Source of the DNA: an uncultured delta proteobacterium
GTDB lineage: Bacteria; Desulfobacterota; Binatia; UBA9968
NCBI GenBank assembly: GCA_963755715.1
Contig: CAVWLW010000026.1
Coordinates: 1-64,000, forward strand
Direction of reading: 5' to 3'
Length of the DNA: 64,000 bases
The position numbers were made by a program, and so were the translations under genes. Shown piece after piece: positions 60,913 to 64,000 of this stretch. The notes under the pieces were generated by a model, which was not told where the DNA came from, did no database searches, and saw only the letters and a list, made by a program, of their open reading frames with translations. Position 1 is the stretch's first letter; each line of letters begins with the position of its first letter.

Positions 60913-62067
60913 ATGCCACGAAATTATAAATGTATCTCCGGCGATGGACACATCGATCTCAACCCCGATATTTGGCGCGAACGCGTCCAGAGTAAATGGC
61001 GCGAGCGTGCGCCCAAGCGCGTCAAGATGCCCAATGGCTCGGACGCGGTGGTGATCGATGGCGGCAAGCCCAATACCATCGGCATCACTCGCAGCGTGCG
61101 CGTCCCGCATGCGGAGTTAGCCAAACAAGTGCCGACCTTTGAAACTTGCGCCGGCACGGGCGGCCCTGAGCAACGCCTCGCCGAACAGGATCAGGACGGT
61201 ATCGATTGCGAGATTTTATTTTCCCAGATCACGTTCGTTTTGCGCCAGACCAAAGATGACGACTTCTATAAAGACTGCATACGCGCTTACAACGAGTTTC
61301 TCGGCGAAGAATACATGGCTCCCGCGCCGGACCGGCTCGTTTGCATGGGCACTCTGCCAACGACCGGCGTCGACGACGCGATCAAAGAGATGGAACACTG
61401 TGCCAAGCTTGGGATGAAGGGTGTAAAGCTCGATCGCTATCCGAGCGGCAAAAGTTATCCGACGCCTGAAGACGACAAGTTCTGGGCGGCGGCGCTCGAT
61501 CTGGGTATTGCCCTCACCAACCACAATACCGGCACCATGGGATCGGGGAAAGGCGAGCCCGATTATCTTTACCCGAAAGACCCGGGCCACGACGTGCATC
61601 AGAAAGACGCTTTTAAATTCTTCACCCGCTTCACAAACGATGCCATGACCGCGACCTTGCAAATGGCGTTTGCCGGAGTGTGGGATCGCTTTCCCCAGCT
61701 GCAATTGTATTGGGCGGAGACCATGGTCGGGTGGCTGGAATATGGCTTGTGGCAGATCGACGATCACTATCACCGCTACATCGGCATGATTCATGACAAC
61801 TGGGGGCTGAATAAATTGGCGCGCAAGCCGAGCGAGTATTTGAAAGACCGCAACTACTGGGGCTTCCTGCACGATCCGGTCGGCGTCCAACGGCGCGCCT
61901 GCATCGGTTACGACAAAATCATGTGGGGCACCGACTTCGCCCACGCGGCAAGCGAATTCCCAAACTCACAGAAACACTTAGCGGAAGACTTTGCAGGCGT
62001 GCCGGAAAATGAAAAACGCGCGATGATCGTCGATAACTGCGTGAAGTATTTTCGCCTCGATCGATAG
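60913..62067 (+). CDS. Amidohydrolase_2 family protein
   Basis: SGDGH, QDQDGID.EILF, AYNE, WGTDFAH. Confidence 0.9.
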   Translation: MPRNYKCISGDGHIDLNPDIWRERVQSKWRERAPKRVKMPNGSDAVVIDGGKPNTIGITRSVRVPHAELAKQVPTFETCAGTGGPEQRLAEQDQDGIDCEILFSQITFVLRQTKDDDFYKDCIRAYNEFLGEEYMAPAPDRLVCMGTLPTTGVDDAIKEMEHCAKLGMKGVKLDRYPSGKSYPTPEDDKFWAAALDLGIALTNHNTGTMGSGKGEPDYLYPKDPGHDVHQKDAFKFFTRFTNDAMTATLQMAFAGVWDRFPQLQLYWAETMVGWLEYGLWQIDDHYHRYIGMIHDNWGLNKLARKPSEYLKDRNYWGFLHDPVGVQRRACIGYDKIMWGTDFAHAASEFPNSQKHLAEDFAGVPENEKRAMIVDNCVKYFRLDR

Positions 62068-62075
62068 AGAAATCA

Positions 62076-62173
62076 TACCACGAAGGACACGAAGAGCACG
62101 AAGCAAGAGGTTGGTTCATTTTTGTAAATTCTTTCTCCGGGTAACCTTCGTGTCCTTCGTGATCTTCGTGGTA
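62076..62173. repeat. CACCACGAAG-family palindromic repeat
   Basis: taccacgaag..cttcgtggta. Confidence 0.8.
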
Positions 62174-62210
62174 ATAGAATCTATCGGACCGGCACTAAGG
62201 AGACTTAATC

Positions 62211-63233
62211 GTGATCGACGTAGGAACTACCCACGAAGACCTCGAACATTTTCTCGCCGAGCACCATCTCGTCGGCGCCGGGCTGAGACGCGACGGACGC
62301 GCGGCGCCGCGCCAGGGCAACACTGCGGCGCACTGGAAATGGGACGGCATTTACCGCGGCCTGATGCGCTCGGGCGAGATCGTCACCGTTGGGCCGAACG
62401 GCATGACCGGCATGCGCTCGGTGGTCGGCATCGAGGCCCGCAGGTTTCCGATCTGGATGAATGCGCAGATTCTCATGCCCGGCGAGCGCACCCAAGCGCA
62501 CCGCAACTTGCGCAGCGAAACGCGCCTTGTCTGCCAAGCGCCCAAGGATGCCGTATTCGTATGCGAATACGAGGCCTATCCGATGGAGCGCGGCGACGTA
62601 GTGATCAGCCCGGCATGGACTTTTCACGATCATTGGAACAAAGACACAACGCCGGCTATTTGGATCGACGGCTACGACAACGGCTACAACCCCAACGTGA
62701 ATATCAACGAGCGCATGCCGAACGACGAGCCGTACGAAGAAATTAAAAAACCGACCGCCTACGGTCAGCGCACTCTTGGTCTGGCGCGGCCGATCTCGAA
62801 CGAAGCGCCCTTTCCGTTGCCACCGATGCGTTATCCGTGGGCGGATACGCACGGCGCGCTGATGGCGCTCCGAGAAAACGGCGAGACTGATCTTTACGAC
62901 GGCATCATGATCATGCTCGCGAGCCCGGTTGACGGCGGACCGACGCTGCCGACGATCGCCTGGCAAGCGCAGTTGCTAGCTAAAAAACAGAAAACTCTGC
63001 CGCACCGCCACAACAGCACGACCTTCTACTTCGCCTTCGACGGCGACGGCGCAGTGGTCATCGAAAACGAACGCCTGCAATATGAGCAGGGCGATATCTT
63101 CGCCGTGCCGGCGTGGACCTGGCATCATCACGAAAATACCCACAACGAAGACACAATTCTTTTCTCCATCGACGATTGGCCGGCGATGAAGAAGCTTGGC
63201 TTCTATATGAAGGAAGAAGCCAAAGGATTTTGA
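62211..63233 (+). CDS. Gentisate 1,2-dioxygenase-family bicupin (divergent)
   Basis: AHRN, PAWTFHDH, GGPTLPT, HRHNS, VPAWTWHHH. Confidence 0.85.
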   Translation: MIDVGTTHEDLEHFLAEHHLVGAGLRRDGRAAPRQGNTAAHWKWDGIYRGLMRSGEIVTVGPNGMTGMRSVVGIEARRFPIWMNAQILMPGERTQAHRNLRSETRLVCQAPKDAVFVCEYEAYPMERGDVVISPAWTFHDHWNKDTTPAIWIDGYDNGYNPNVNINERMPNDEPYEEIKKPTAYGQRTLGLARPISNEAPFPLPPMRYPWADTHGALMALRENGETDLYDGIMIMLASPVDGGPTLPTIAWQAQLLAKKQKTLPHRHNSTTFYFAFDGDGAVVIENERLQYEQGDIFAVPAWTWHHHENTHNEDTILFSIDDWPAMKKLGFYMKEEAKGF

Positions 63234-63284
63234 AAGCTGCACCAACGAGCTGATATCGGCTAGCGAGTCCGCATCCAATTCCGT

Positions 63285-63345
63285 GTAGGGGCAATCCCCT
63301 GTGGTTGCCCATCTTGAAAGGGCAGGCACAGCGGCCTGCCCCTAC
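63285..63345. repeat. Inverted REP doublet (REPIN/BIME-like)
   Basis: GTAGGGGCAATCCCCTGTGGTTGCCC..GGGCAGGCACAGCGGCCTGCCCCTAC. Confidence 0.8.
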
Positions 63346-63410
63346 GACGATAACCCAATATCTGCCGGCTCTAGAGAGCTGACCAAGATTCGTGTAAGAG
63401 AAACAGCACC

Positions 63411-64000
63411 ATGACGCTTGCCGCACCCAAGTCGGCCGCTTCCATGGCGACCGAAAGCGCTGTCAAGAGCAAGATCGCCGTCAGCCTGCGCGGACTTTGG
63501 AAAACTTATCCGGGCGGCACGAGCCCGGCGGTCAAAGATCTTTCCGTCGATGTGTTGGACGGCGAGATTCTTACACTCCTCGGCCCGAGCGGCTGCGGTA
63601 AGACGACCACACTGCGCATGGTGGCGGGCCTGGAGACTCCGGATGCCGGCGATATTTTTTTCGGCGAGGAAGCGGTGGTCATGACTTCGCGGCGCTTGAA
63701 TCTGCCGCCGAATAAACGCAACGTCGGCATGGTATTTCAAAGCTACGCGATCTGGCCGCACATGACGGTGGCGGAAAACGTCGCCTTTCCCCTCAAAGCA
63801 CGCAGATTTCCGAAGCGTGAAATTAAGGACCGCGTGCTGCGCGCTCTCGATCTCGTTGGTCTCGCGGGATTCGAGGATCGTCCGGGGCCACTCTTAAGCG
63901 GTGGGCAGCAACAGCGCGTCGCGTTTGCGCGCGCGCTGGTGACCGAACCGCGGGTATTGCTGTTAGACGAGCCTTTTAGCAACCTCGACGCCAAGCTGCG
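63411..64000 (+). CDS. PotA/FbpC-type ABC ATPase, runs off window
   Basis: Manual translation GPSGCGKTT, FQSYAIWPHM, LSGGQQQR, LLDEPFSNLD. Confidence 0.92.
   Translation, partial: MTLAAPKSAASMATESAVKSKIAVSLRGLWKTYPGGTSPAVKDLSVDVLDGEILTLLGPSGCGKTTTLRMVAGLETPDAGDIFFGEEAVVMTSRRLNLPPNKRNVGMVFQSYAIWPHMTVAENVAFPLKARRFPKREIKDRVLRALDLVGLAGFEDRPGPLLSGGQQQRVAFARALVTEPRVLLLDEPFSNLDAKL

Noticed and set aside
1-64000. Selenocysteine/stop read-through genes, tRNA, rRNA, prophage
   Set aside because: No in-frame TGA at a catalytic position, no structural RNA signature and no phage genes recognised by eye

Overview
High-GC bacterial chromosome segment. Gene content (many orphan ABC substrate-binding proteins, five amidohydrolases, cupins, thiolase/DUF35, LLM) and intergenic repeat families suggest Candidatus Binatia-like Deltaproteobacteria (inference only). 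About 60 mostly catabolic or transport genes; no rRNA, tRNA or CRISPR seen. Accessory structure: two integron gene cassettes with matching attC core sites but no integrase, abutting a truncated REP-associated tyrosine transposase (32.2-34.6 kb); an intact RAYT with dispersed GTAG-type REPs; a MITE with 16-bp TIRs and a 4-bp TSD; a tandem stack of ABC-SBP gene ends (0-1.9 kb); and a diverged amidohydrolase fragment about 16.5 kb upstream of its intact homologue. Best candidates for new biology: a LysR-linked operon (50.6-57.5 kb) whose racemase-fold and HCHL-like enzymes lack canonical catalytic or substrate-binding residues, and a desaturase / cNMP-binding / RRE-M50 (HExxH to HVxxH) locus. About a dozen genes carry single-base frameshifts, probably long-read consensus errors. 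All calls come from motif recognition; no database searches were run.
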